64,000 bases of DNA from Anaeramoeba ignava BMAN (GCA_028826165.1 JAPDFW010000136.1:744001-808000); one strand, 5' to 3'. Numbered from the stretch's first letter, positions 46,920 through 59,944 are shown. The notes: generated from the letters alone by a model not told the origin. Made by a program: numbers and translations.

Positions 46920-49522
46920 TTAAAGAAGTCCATATCTCGATTTAAATAAAGGATTTGGAAGTTTTTCAATAACATCAAGCCAAACTCTTTCTAAAATTAA
47001 AAGAGTTGTTTGTGAAGTAAAATCAAGATGAAGAATTTGATTTTTATAATCAAATAATTTAAGTTGTTCAAAACTCATTTTCTTTTTAGGAAGAGAAACA
47101 TCAGTATTTATTTGAGAATCATCAATATTTGCTTTTACTTGAGAATTATCATTGGTTTGATTTTTTTTGTTTTTTCTTCTTTTTTGGATTTGAGAATCAA
47201 GAGAATCAGAAGATTTTTGGTCTTGAATTGATAAATTTGGAAAATTAGCAAGATTGAAACTTGCGAACCAAGAAGAGCTTGATAAAAACAGTTTTGTAGG
47301 ATCATCTGGATGGAAAAAAGCGCGGAGTGTTGGTGTTCTTTTGTAGAGAATTCTTTTAGGAAAACTTGATTGAGGAGGTGATTCTATTGATTTTGTTTGT
47401 TGTTGAATATCATAAAGAATAAAACGATTATCAACAAAGCAAATAGCAACTTTTTTGCTATCACTTGAGAAGGCTATTGCTGTGTGCTGGATCTTAAACA
47501 CAGGCATTGAGAATTTGAAATCCAATTTTTCGAGATCGAAAATGTTGATTTGGTTCTTTCTATCCCCAGTTGCAAGAAATCGACCGCACTTACTAATGGT
47601 TGCTGTTGTAATTGGCGATATTCTGCTCATGTTGAGTCGTTTTTTTTTGCTTTTTGTTTCTTCTAAATATTGATGATTTCGGAAAACTTTTTCAAGAGTA
47701 ATTTCAATTTCGCTTGGGTTTTGATTTGATTTTTTAATTGAATAAATATTAATTTCTGCTTGACTTGTGCAAAGAATTAGTTTTTTGGAATTTGGAGTGA
47801 ATAAGATCTGATGAGAAAAAATTGAAGAAGAGTTTGTGTTGCTTTTCTTTTCAGGAAGCTTAATCGAATTGATTTCGATATCAATATAGCTATGATTATC
47901 TGATTTTTGGGGGATTAAATGAAAAATCTTTGTTCCTGTGAGATTTGAATATGCAATGAAATTTCCGTTCTGAGAAATGTTGCTGCAGAATATATTTGAA
48001 CCATCATTGCAATCCATTTGCAAAATATTTGAGGGTTGTTCTTCGATGGGTATTGAATGAACTTTTGAAGAAATGTGAGAATTTTGATCCAAAACTTGGT
48101 TCAAATTAAGCTTTCCGTCTTGCCATAATTGAAGTTTATTGTCATATTGAACGAGAATTATTGAATTACTGTGATAATCTGTGCAATTGTTTGCAATATT
48201 AATAACTGGTTGATTTGGATAAGGAAACATTTTGCGTTCTTTGAGAAGTTCGAAGTCTTGAATTTGTTTGATACACAATTGGGTATTAATTCCACCAGCA
48301 ACAAGATATTGATTTCTTGGATCGACCGCAAGACATTTGACATCATGAGATAAGGGTCTTACTCCACATACAAAAAACCATTTGGATAAATCTTGTTGAG
48401 CTGTTTGTACGAGATTTGCGAAAATATCGCGTGTTTTTTTGTGTTTTTCATCTTCAATATTTATATTTTGTTGTTTTTCTTTTGTGAACAGAACAATTTT
48501 GGAATCAATTCCACTTGAAAAAACTTGGTCATTTCCTGCATTTGCAACACAAAGAACATCAGCATCGTGAACCTTGAATTCTTGAAGAAGAGTTCCATGT
48601 TTTATATCCCAAAATCTAGTGAATCCTTCTGAATCTCCGCTTATAATTGTATTTTCAATACAAATTAATGACCAAATTTTGACTGATTCGTTTTTGAATT
48701 GGTTTGGAACTTTGATCCAAATTTTCGTGATTCCTGTCAATACGTTAATCACACTAATTGTTCTTTTTTGATTTCCTGTAATTATAAATTCATCGTTTGG
48801 ACTCCAAGCAAGTGATAAAACTGTTGATTTTTGTCCACTAAATGATCTTGTGTATTGGAGGTTTTCTTCTTGAACTAAAAATAATCGAACACTTCCATCT
48901 CTACAAGCTGCTGCTATTGTTGTTCCTGAATTATTTATTTTGAGATCGTAAATAGCGCCACCAAAAGAATCATATTCTGTCTTAATTTTTTTAATATTAA
49001 TTTTATAAATGAATTTTATAAATGAATTTTAATTTTATAAATTAATTTTGATTTTATAAATTAATTTTGATTTTAATTTTAATTTTGATTTTGATTTTGA
49101 TTTTGTAAATGAATTTTGTAAATAAAATTGATAAACCAAAATTACTTTTGGTTTTAATTCTTGAAGATCCCATTCAGTAATTTTTCCACTTAAACTTGCA
49201 GAAAATAATCTTTTACTATCAATAGACCAAACTAAAGCTTCAATTGATAATGATTGTAAACCAGGAATTTTCTAATTTAAAAGTAAAAATAAAAGTAAAA
49301 GTTTGATTTTAAATTCATTTTTGATTTTAATTATTTTGAAAAAAGAAAAATAAATACAAATTCACAAGAATGTTTTAAAGAACCCCAACTCCATATTTCA
49401 ATATCATTATTACGTCTTCCAACAGCTAAATATTTACCATTTGGTGAGAATGCAAGTGCTTTAATTTCACTTGGCATCCAATCTAAAAATTTTCCATGTG
49501 ATAAAATTAATTTATCGTTCAT
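46920..49522 (-). CDS. UTP4: SSU processome WD40 protein Utp4/cirhin (3 exons)
   Basis: FLDWMPSEIKALAFS..LAVGRRNNDIEIW, ISGDSEG..FWD..GTL, HDADVLC, HDVKCLA, C-terminal ERVWLDVIEKLPNPLFKSRYG. Confidence 0.87.
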
Positions 49523-49597
49523 TAATTAATTAATTAATTAATTATAATTAATTTTATTTTGAACAATTCTATTTTATTTGTAAAAAAAGAAAGAAAA

Positions 49598-49652
49598 AAT
49601 GAAAAAAAATTTTTTTAATTTTTTTAATTTTTCATTTTTCATTTTTCATTTT
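49598..49652. promoter_or_regulatory. Bidirectional core promoter with TCATTTT initiator-like motifs (UTP4/UTP25)
   Basis: AAAATGA (minus-strand TCATTTT) at ~49597 facing UTP4; TCATTTTTCATTTTTCATTTTT at 49633-49653 facing UTP25. Confidence 0.6.
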
Positions 49653-49667
49653 TAAATAAAAATATAA

Positions 49668-52276
49668 ATGGGAAGAAAAAGATTCAAAAAAAAACAAAGA
49701 AATTATCATAAAAAACCTAAAGAAGAAGAAGAACCAAAACTTGAAGATTTAATTTCAAATGTTTCAAAAAAAATGAATGAAAAAATAATTAATTCAGAAG
49801 AAGAAAAAGAAGAAGAAGAAATTGAATTTTTAAGGTATTTTCAAAAAACAAAATCATTTCCTTTCTTCTTTTTATTTTTATTTATAAATAATTTTCTTTT
49901 CTTTTTCAAAAAATAAATACAAAAATTAGTAAAAATCAAGTTCAAATTGAAAAAGAAAAAGAAAAAGAAAAAGATACTTATGATTTATTGAGAAAAACTT
50001 TTGCAGGAAAATATAATGGAAAATATCAAAAAATGTTAAGACAAAGAATAAAAGAAGAAAGAGGAAAAGAAAATAAAGAAAACAATAAAATAAATAATAA
50101 ATTAATGAATAAGAAAAAAAGAAAGAAGATTAATATAAATGAAAATATAAATGAAGATATAAATGAAAATTTAAATGAAAATATAGATGAAGATATAAAT
50201 GAAAATATAAATGAAAATATAGATGAAGATATAGATGAAGATATAAATGAAAATATAAATGAAGATTTAAATGAAAATATAGATGAAAATATAAATGAAA
50301 ATATAAATGAAGATTTAAATGAAGATATAGATGAAAATTTAAATGAAGATTTAAATGAAGATACAAATGAAAATACAAATGATGATTTAAATGAAGATTT
50401 AAATGAAGATATTCCAATTGAAAAAATAGATAAAAATTTAAATGAAGATATTCCAATTGAAAAAATAGATGAAAATATAGATGAAAATATAGATGAAAAT
50501 ATAGATGGAGATATATCAAAGAAAGAAAAATCAAAAGATAAATTTTATACTTGGTTTAATAACGAAAATGAAATTTCATCACAAGAACTTGAAAAATTAA
50601 GCAACAGAGAATTAACTCATATTATTAAAATATCAGAAAATCAACAAGTTATTTCCAATGCATTATTTTCAAGTCAGGAAATGATCAAATTTAAAAAAGA
50701 GAATTATCACATTTCAAAGGAAATAATGACAAAACAAAAAGATAAAGATGGATATTGGAAAAAAATGAACTTTACACCTTTACAAAATACACTTTTTGCA
50801 ATGATGAATAATTATCATGATATTTATTTTCCACAACAAACAATCGAAAACACTGAAGAAATTGAGGAAATATTTGTTCTTCATGCAATAAACCATCTTT
50901 TGAAAACAAGAAATTTGATAATTAGAAACAATACCAAAATAGCCAAATTGGATAATTCTGTCAATTATGATTTCAGAGATCAAGGATACACACGACCGAA
51001 AATTTTGATATTAGTTCCATTCAAAAATTTTGCAGAAAGGATTGTCAATTTAATCATTTGCCAATTACCTCAAAAATATAGAACATCAATCATGAATAAA
51101 AAAAGACTTAAGTCATATTTGCATGAAGAAGATTATCCATTCAATGAAAAATATAAAATCTATGAAAAAAAAAATACGCAAATCAATCAAAACGTATCAA
51201 AAGCAAAGAAAAAAAGAAAAGCACAACTGGAAAATTTGGATCAATCACAATACTCAAAACCAATTGATTATCTAAGATTATTTGCAGGAAATATAGATGA
51301 TCATTTTCGAATGGGAATATCATTGCGACCCAAAAACATCAAGTTATTTACGGATTTTTATTCTTCAGATATCATAATTGCATCACCATTAGGATTGAGG
51401 ATTGTTGTTGGAGATGTTGGTGATAAAGGAAGAAAGCTTGATTTCTTATCCTCAATCGAAATGGTGATTTTGGATCGAGCAGATATTTTCGCTATGCAGA
51501 ATTGGGATCATATTGGGATTATATTTCGCTCTTTGAATCTGATACCCAAAAAACAACATGAAGCAGATTTTTCAAGAATTCATTCATGGTATCTCAATTC
51601 AAATGCAAAATTTTATCGACAAAACTTAGTTTTTGCAAACTATCAAACTCCGGAACTTAATTCTTTTTTCAATAAATATTGTTTGAATGCAGTTGGAAAA
51701 ACCAAATTCATCAAAAATGAAAATGGAGAAATTCTCAAAATTATTCCTCAAGTGAGACAAATTTTCCAACGTTTTGATGTCTCTTCATTCCAGAATTTAT
51801 CTGAAGAAAGATTGCTTTATTTTGAAAAAAATATCATTCCTTCACTTAAACAACAGAATCAAGTTGAATTCCACATTTTGATTTTTGTTTCTTCTTATTT
51901 TGATTTTGTCAAAATTCGCAATTTATTACTTCGAAAGGAAATTGAATGCTGTTATTGTTCAGAATATACACCTTTAAATGCAGTTTCAAGAGCTCGTAGT
52001 TTTTTTTACAATGAAAAGTTAAGTTTTATGGTTGTTACAGAAAGATTTTTATTTTATAGAAGATTTAAAATTCGCGGAATTCATAATTTGATTTTTTATT
52101 CTCTTCCTGAAAATCCTATATTTTATTCTGAATTATTAAATTTAGTTGAATCTTCTCAAAGTTCTTGTTTGTCTCTTTATTCAAAATTTGATCAATTAGC
52201 ATTAGAAAGAGTTGTTGGAACAGAAAGAATGAAACAAATGATATTATCAAATGAATCAACTCATTTAATTTGTTAA
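49668..52276 (+). CDS. UTP25: SSU processome protein Utp25/DEF (2 exons)
   Basis: FRDQGYTRPKILILVPF, FAGNIDDHFRMGI, FYSSDIIIASPLGLR, DFLSSIE, MQNWDH, SYFDFVKIRN, TERFLFYRRFKIRG, LERVVG; intron ~49835-49929. Confidence 0.93.
50132..50512 (+). repeat. Coding 12-nt repeat giving an acidic (I/L)-(N/D)-E-(N/D) tetrapeptide array in Utp25
   Basis: ATAAATGAAAAT/ATAGATGAAGAT units. Confidence 0.9.
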
Positions 52277-52377
52277 AATCACAATTAAAAAATTAAATAG
52301 AAATTTTCAAAAATAAAAAAATTAAAAATTAAATTTAAAAATTTTTTTGTTTTGTTTTGTGTTTTTTAAAATGAAAA

Positions 52378-52464
52378 TCTCTCAGACATCCAAGGAAACT
52401 CCTCATGAGGCATCAGTTTCGACTGCGAATTTACGAAACTTATTTCGTTTTCTCTTCATTGAGA
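52378..52464 (-). ncRNA. U14: U14 (SNORD14) box C/D snoRNA
   Basis: Minus strand: box C ATGAAGA (52459-52453), domain A AATTCGCAGT, D' CTGA, C' ATGAGGA, domain B TTCCTTGGATGT, box D CTGA (52385-52382); perfect 17-bp flanking stem 52365-52381/52461-52477. Confidence 0.92.
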
Positions 52465-52622
52465 TTTTCATTTTAAATTATTTTTTTAAAAATAAAATAA
52501 AAAAATGAAAAAAATTAAAATTAAAAAAAATTTTTTTTTCATTTTTTTTTTTTAATTATTCATTTTTTTCTAAATTTTACTAATTCTTTTTTTTTTTTAA
52601 ATATAAAATATAAAATTTTAAA

Positions 52623-54024
52623 ATGAATTCTAAAATTGAAATTGAATCAGATCCTTTAATTGAAAAATTTACAAATGAAATTGTTGATTTAGAAAAATTT
52701 ATTTCTTCTATTCTTGAAAAAAACAATATTGAAATAACAATTGATAAATTAAATCAACAAATTGAAATTCTTGAAAATCATTTAAGAATAAATGTAAAAT
52801 TATTCTTAGTTTAAAATGAAAAGAAAAATTATATTTTGAATTTAAAAAATTTTTTCATTACATTTTTTGAATAATTAAAAAAACAAAAAACAAAAAACAA
52901 AAAGATCACAGAAAACAGAAAGGAATTATTAAATAAATTAAGAAAGATTAATGGATATCAAAACCAAACGAGAAGCATTAATGAAGATGCATCCAATTTA
53001 GAGAAATTACTATTAAAACTTTACGAACAATTTATGGAAAATTATGAAGAAATTGAAAAACAATATATTTTTGTGAATAACGTTCAAAAAGCATCAGAAT
53101 ATTTAAGACACACACTAAGATTTTCCTATTTAATATCAAGACTACAAAAACAAGAGAAATCTCAAATCAAAGATTGGTCTTATATGGCAAATATTTTAAA
53201 TGAAATTGGTAAAAGAATTTTATTCAATTAAAAAAAAAATTAATTAATTTTAAATTGGGATTTTAACTGAAATTTTTGGATTGCTTTTTTTTTTGTGGAT
53301 TCAAGATGCTTTATTGTCAGAAAATGATCTGAATAATATTGATTTTGTGGAAGAAAAGAAATCATTTATTACTCAAGTCAAGCAGAATATCCTCAAAAAA
53401 GCAGAAGAATTATTATTAAATGGAATGGAAACTCACAACCAATCAAACATTGGAATTGCGATACAAATTTATTTTAATATGCAAAATTTAGTTCCTAAAA
53501 TCACAAGCACTTTTTCAAATGCAATGAAGTTAACAACATCCTGCATTCAAAGCTGTTTGAATCCGCGTTCGATTAATATAGAACGCGATGGAATTTCAAC
53601 ATCAAAAGCAATAATTCGAAGTAATATGGAGAATTTATTGAGCACTGTTGGGAAATACTTCACTCAAATTTTTTATTTGCAACATGTTTTATCAAAACAA
53701 AAAGATATTCAATCAAATTCAACAATTATTTCATTAATTGAGGATAAAAATATCCAATTTCTCTCGCAAAATTTTTGGCAGAAAACCTGCGAGATTATAG
53801 ATCAAAGTATTAGGAATGCAATGAATTCTTCCTTTTTTCGTTCTGTTTTGATTGACGATTATTATTTGATTATTCAATTAGTAAATTCTACTTTAGAAAA
53901 AATTGATAGGCTTTCTTCATTGAATATTGATGCTAATTTTTTAAATGATTCTCAAGAGAAAAAGGTTCAAGTTGTTGATCATAATGTTTTTATGATTTGT
54001 TTCGAGCAAATTTATTTAAAATGA
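52623..54024 (+). CDS. COG5: Conserved oligomeric Golgi complex subunit 5 (3 exons, about 400 aa)
   Basis: IDKLNQQIEILENHLR..ENRKELL, NVQKASEYLRHTLRFSYLISRL, DLNNIDFV, LLLNGMETHNQSNIGIAIQIYFNM. Confidence 0.75.
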
Positions 54025-54123
54025 AAAAAAAAAAAAAAAGGAAACAGATTCAAAAAAAAGTTAAAGAATTTTCATTTTGATTTTGATTTTGATTTTTTTG
54101 GAAATTATAAGAAATTGAGTGAA

Positions 54124-55307
54124 TTATTTTTTTCGATATTTTTTATAAATCAATATTCCAATAATTGATAAAGCAATTCCACCAGCAATATAATATTTCA
54201 AATTTGATTTATCTTGATTATCTTCTTGTGAAGATGTGATTTCTTTTGTTAACTGAACTAATTTTTCAATTTTGGTTTCCTTTTGAACATTATTGTTATT
54301 TGGATATAAAACTTTCCTAATTGATTCAGGAATTTCAATATTTGAATTGACTTTATGAGCTTTTTCAAAAAATTCTCTTGATTTTTCAATATTTTGTTCA
54401 ACTCCTCTTCCTTGGAAATAAAGAATACCAAGATTATACATTGCTTGTGAATTTCCTTGTGAAGATGATTCTTCAAAATATTTAATTGCCATTTCATCGT
54501 CATAATCAATTCCAAATCCTCCTTCATAATATAAGCATCCTAAACTAAAAGCGACATCTTTGCTTCCTTTTTCATAAACAAAATGATAATATTTTGCTGC
54601 TAGTTGATAATTTTGAGGAGGCATTTCATGATATATTTTTGCAACCTAAATGAAACAAATATTTTTTTTTTTAATATTTTTTTATTTAAAAATGGATTAA
54701 TTGATTTTCCACCATTTTTTGTGATTCCATATCTCCTAAATCTGCTGCTTTTTTCCTTAATTCAAATGATTTCTCAAAGTTAGTATCAACTTCAAATTCA
54801 TTGTTTTCATCTTCAAAAATTGTTGCCAATCTAATTAAACTGGGTAAATAATTAGCATTTGCACTTAATTTGAGAAAAATCAATGATTTGTGAAAATTTT
54901 GTTTATTTTGGAAGTATTCTGAAAGTAAAAAACTAATTTAGCAAATCAAATTAAATTAAATTCAAATTAAATTCAAATCAAATTCAAATTCAAATAAAAT
55001 ACGCAGAAAAAGGATCAATTTTTTCAGTTTTTTCATCTACATTCAATATTAATATTGGCCAATCTTGTTGATTTTCTTGTTTTTTTAAATTAATAATTAT
55101 TGAGTTTGTTTCTTCAATTCTTTTCCAATTTGATTCTTCTGGAACAATTTTAGCGTATAATGATCCTCCAATCAATAATTCACCTGTATTTTTTGTTACT
55201 TTTAAAGTTTTTTTAGTAAATGTAACATGAATATTTTCTTTTGGATTTAATGGAAAGGTAACAATAATAAAATCATCATTTGAATTAAATTGATAATCAA
55301 AATTCAT
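54124..55307 (-). CDS. CS(p23/Hsp20-like) + SEL1/TPR repeats + C-terminal tail anchor protein (3 exons)
   Basis: CS domain IIVTFPL..LKV..LIGGSLYAKIVPEESNW; SEL1 motifs KKAADLGDMESQ, AFSLGCLYYEG, SQGNSQAMYNLGILYFQGRGVEQN; TM YYIAGGIALSIIGILIY followed by KKYRKK. Confidence 0.85.
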
Positions 55308-55320
55308 TTTATAAAGAAAA

Positions 55321-55365
55321 AAAATGAAAAAAATTGAAAATTATTTTTTTTCATTTTTCATTTTT
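55321..55365. promoter_or_regulatory. Bidirectional core promoter with TCATTTT motifs (68-bp gap)
   Basis: AAAATGA at 55321-55327 (minus) and TCATTTTTCATTTTT at 55351-55365 (plus) between ATGs at 55307 and 55376. Confidence 0.55.
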
Positions 55366-55375
55366 CTTTTCTAAA

Positions 55376-57132
55376 ATGAATGATGTTTTCTTTTTTGGTG
55401 AAAATCATTTAAGAATTATTCTTCCAGAACAAAGAAAAAAAATAAGAAAACCAATTCCAATTCAATTTGAAAATGAAAATAAAAATGAAAATGAAAAACA
55501 AATTAAACAAATTTTATCAGGAGAATTTGCAACAATTTTCCTTTTTAAAAATGGAAAAGCAATAGAATATTTAAGATATTCAAAACAAAATCCTCAAAAA
55601 ATCCAAATTGAAGAAAATATTCAAAAAGTAACTGTTGGTTCTTCAAATGAAGCTATTTTAACAACAGAAGGGAATGTTTTATTACTTGATGATAGCGAAT
55701 CACAATCAATAGATAATTTCAAGAGTATTTCATCATTAATTGAAGATACAAAAGATAGAATAATTCAAGATGTTATTACTGGTGCTAATTCAATTTACTT
55801 ATTAACTTCAAATCAAAATGCTTATGGAATTGGTTCTAATTTTAATGGTCAACTTGGTTTTGATTCATTTTATAACACAGAAAAACCAATTTTAATGATG
55901 AAAAATGTTTCTAAAATATTTTCAGGAAATTTGTTCAATTCATGTTTTTCTTTTAAATTCAAATCAAGAATTATTTGGATGCGGATATAATCAATTTGGC
56001 CAACTTGGATTAGGAGAATCAAGAAAATATGCAAAGAAAAATACAAAAATTAACCAAAATCCAAAATATTCCAAAAGGCAAAATAATTGATATTCAATGT
56101 GGAAATATTCATTCAATAATGTTGATTGAATTTAAATCAAAAAGAAAACTTTATTCATGTGGAGATTATCAACTAAATGGACTTGGCAAATACGAAAATA
56201 CTTATGAATTTACTGAAATCAAATCATCTTTATTTGAAGAAAATGATAATATTATTGATTTTTGTTGTGGAAATTCTCATACTTTGATTTTAACTTCTAA
56301 TTCAAAATTGATTGGATTTGGAAGGAATTTTTTTGGTCAATTAGGAACTGAAGATCCAGGAAATCAATTAATTCCAATTCAAATTGAACTTCCTAAATTA
56401 AGATTTAATGAATATATTTCCAATTACCATATCTCTTGTGGTGCTTTCAGTTCATTTATTTATTATTCTCTTCCTTTTTCCAATCTTGAAGAAGATTTGA
56501 TAAAACTTTTTGAAAGAAAAGAATTTTGCGATATTTCATTTAAAACAGAAAATGGAGAAATAATTGAAGCTCATAAATTAATATTGAAATATAGATTAAA
56601 TCAAAATCTAAATCAAAATCAAATTGAAAAACTTAAAGAAATTATTTCAAAAAAATCAATTAAAGAATCAAATCAAATATTTGAAATGATTTATTCAAAC
56701 AATTCCAAAATAAATCCAATATTATATTCTGAAATTAAAGAAATTATAAATTTAAATGAAAAAATTGAAGAAACAATGAAAAGAATTTATTTAAATGAAA
56801 ATGAAAATGAAAAAGATTTTATAATTGAAAGAAAAGAAAAACAATATAAATTTCCAAAATTAATATTAATAATGAGAAGTGAATTATATCGAGGAATGTT
56901 TTTATCTGTAACTGAAGATACTTCTAATAAAGTTACAGATTATAGTGAATTAAGTGAAGAATCATTTCAAATATTTGAATATTGGATTTATTCAAATCAA
57001 ATTAAAGATGAAATTCAAATTACACAAGAAATAATAGATGAAATTAAAATTGGAATTGATTATTTTCAATTAAATCAAACAAATCCAAATTTATTTGATT
57101 TATTAATTAGGAAATTTAATAATCAAAATTAA
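55376..57132 (+). CDS. RCC1-BTB protein, copy D (frameshifts near 55935 and 56040)
   Basis: ORFs 55334-55990, 55905-56090 and 56029-57132 join into a full paralogue of copy C. Confidence 0.87.
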
Positions 57133-57360
57133 AATTAAAATCTAAAATCAAAATTAAAATTAAAATTAAAATTAAAATTAAAATTAAAATTAAAATTAAA
57201 ATCAAAATTAAAATTAAAATTAAAATTAAAATTAAAATTAAAATCAAAATTAAAATTAAAATTAAAATTAAAATCAAAATCTAAAATAAAATCAAAATTA
57301 AAATTAAAATTAAAATTAAAATTAAAATTAAAATTAAAATTAAAATTAAAATTAAAATTC
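57133..57360. repeat. (AAAATT)n hexamer tract
   Basis: Between tandem RCC1-BTB copies. Confidence 0.95.
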
Positions 57361-57476
57361 CAAATTTAAAATCAAAATTCCAAATTTAAAAATTGAAGTT
57401 TCGAATTTTAAAAGAAAAAAAATTTTTTTTGAATTTTTTCATTTTTTTCTTTTTCAAAAAAATTAAAAAATTCAAA

Positions 57477-59277
57477 ATGAATTCTAACTCAAATCAAAAG
57501 AAAATGAATGATTGTTTATTTACTGGAAGAAATCAATTTCCAATTCTTATCAAAAATGAACCAGATAAAATAACAAAACCAATTCAATTTAAATTTGAAA
57601 ATGAAAATGAAAATGAAAATGAAAAACAAATTAAACAAATTTCATCAGGAAATTTTGGAACAATTTTCCTTTTTGAAAATGGAAAAGCAATAGAATATAT
57701 AAGTGAAAATGATTCAAATCAAAATCCTGAAAAAATCCAAATTGAAGAAAATATTCAAAAAGTAACTGTTGGTTATTTTAATGAAGCTATTTTAACAAAA
57801 GAAGGAAATGTATTTGCAAGAGGGTTAATCAATTCTTCAAATATAGAACATTTTACGAATATTTCATCATTAATTGAAGATACAAATGATAGAATAATTC
57901 AAGATGTTGTTACTGCACATGGATCAATTTACTTATTAACTTCAAATCAAAATGCTTATGGAATTGGTTATAATTATTATGGTCAACTTGGTTTAGATTC
58001 TGAAACACTTGAAAAAGCAGAAAAACCAATTTTAATGATGAAAAATGTTTCTAAAATATTTTCAGGAATTTCTTCAAATCATGTTTTTCTTTTAAATTCA
58101 AATCAAGAATTATTTGCATGTGGTGATAATAAATTTGCTCAACTTGGATTAGGAGAATCAAGAAAAGATGAAACAAAAATCCAAAAATTAACCAAAATCC
58201 AAAATATTCCAAAAGGCAAAATAATTGATATTCAATCTGGATATTATCATTCAGTCATGTTGATTGAAAATGATGACAGAAAAAGACAACTTTATTCATG
58301 TGGAGAATTTCACACAAATGGACTTGGCAAAACTGAAAATACTTATGAATTTACTGAAATCAAATCAGATTTATTTGAAGATGATTATATTCTTGAAATT
58401 TCTGTTGGAAATAATCATACTTTGGTTTTAACTTTTAATTCAAAATTGATAGGATTTGGATGGAATCCTTATGGTGGCTTGGGAAATGGTGGTACATATC
58501 AATCAACTCCAATGCAAATTGAACTTCCTAAATTAAGATTTAATGAAGATATTTTCAAATATCATATTTCTTGTGGAGAATTCAGATCATTTCTTTATTA
58601 TTCTCCTTTTCTTTCAACTCCTTTTTCCAATCTTGAAGAAGATTTGATAAAACTTTTTGGAAGAAAAGAATTTTGTGATATTTCATTTAAAACCAAAAAT
58701 GGAGAAATAATTGAAGCTCATAAATTAATATTGAAATATAGATTAAAAGATGAAAATGAAATTGAAAAAGTTAAAGAAATTATTTCAAAAAAATCAATTA
58801 AAAATCAAATCAAATATTTGAAATGATTTATTCAAACAAATCCAAAATAAATCCAATATTATATTCCGAAATTAAAGAAATTATAAATTTAAATGAAAAA
58901 ATTGAAGAAACAATGAAAAGAATTTATTTAAATGAAAATGAAAATGAAAAAGATTTTATAATTGAAAGAAAAGAAAAACAATATAAATTTCCAAAATTAA
59001 TATTAATAATGAGAAGTGAATTATATCGAGGAATGTTTTTATCTGTAACAAAGAAGATACTTCTAATAAAGTTACAGATTATAGTGAATTAAGTAATAAA
59101 TCATTTCAAATATTTGAATATTGGATTTATTCAAATCAAATTAAAGATGAAATTCAAAATTACACAAGAAATAATTAATGAAATTAAAATTGAATTGATT
59201 ATTTTCAATTAAATCAAACAAATCCAAATTTATTTGATTTATTAATTAACAAATTTAATAATCAAAATCAAAATTAA
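57477..59277 (+). CDS. RCC1-BTB protein, copy E (frameshifts in 3' part)
   Basis: ORFs 57393-58826 and 58823-59092 plus a tail ending NKFNNQNQN*; indels in A-runs. Confidence 0.85.
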
Positions 59278-59619
59278 AATTAAAATCAAAATTAAAATTA
59301 AAATTAAATTTAAAATTAAAATTAAAATTAAAATTAAAATTAAAATTAAAATTAAAATTAAAAATTAAAATTAAAATTAAAATTAAAATTAAAATTAAAA
59401 TTAAAATTAAAATTAAAATTAAAATTAAAATTAAAATTAAAATTAAAATTAAAATTAAAATTAAAATTAAAATTAAAATTAAAATTAAAATTAAAATTAA
59501 AATTTAAAATTAAAATTAAAATTAAAATTAAAATTAAAATTAAAATTAAAATCAAAATTAAAATTAAAATTAAAATTAAAATCAAAATTAAAATTAAAAT
59601 CTAAATCCAAATCAAAATT
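59278..59619. repeat. (AAAATT)n hexamer tract
   Basis: Near-perfect run. Confidence 0.95.
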
Positions 59620-59706
59620 ATACTTGTTTTCTCTTGATTTGTTTTTTGGATTTAATGAAAATTCAATTAATAAAACAGGATATTCTTCATCTTCTATTTT
59701 TAATTT
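59620..59706 (-). pseudogene. Actin relic, second copy
   Basis: Reverse complement of 21285-21371. Confidence 0.7.
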
Positions 59707-59944
59707 TGTTTTTAATTTAAAATTCTATTTTCAATCAAATAAAAATCTTCAAATTAATAAATAAAAAAAGAATTAAATTCTAAAACAAAATTTCAAATTA
59801 ATTTTTATTTTAAATTTTAAATCAAAAAAAATGGAAAATTGATTTTTTAAAATGATAAACAAAAATAAAAATTGGAAATAGAAATTAATAATAATTTATT
59901 TTAAATTCTTTATTATTAGATAAATTAATAAAAAATTAAAATTA

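Noticed and set aside
52623-54024. Truncated COG5 pseudogene
   Set aside because: About 400 aa is similar to the short budding-yeast Cog5; frame and introns look intact.
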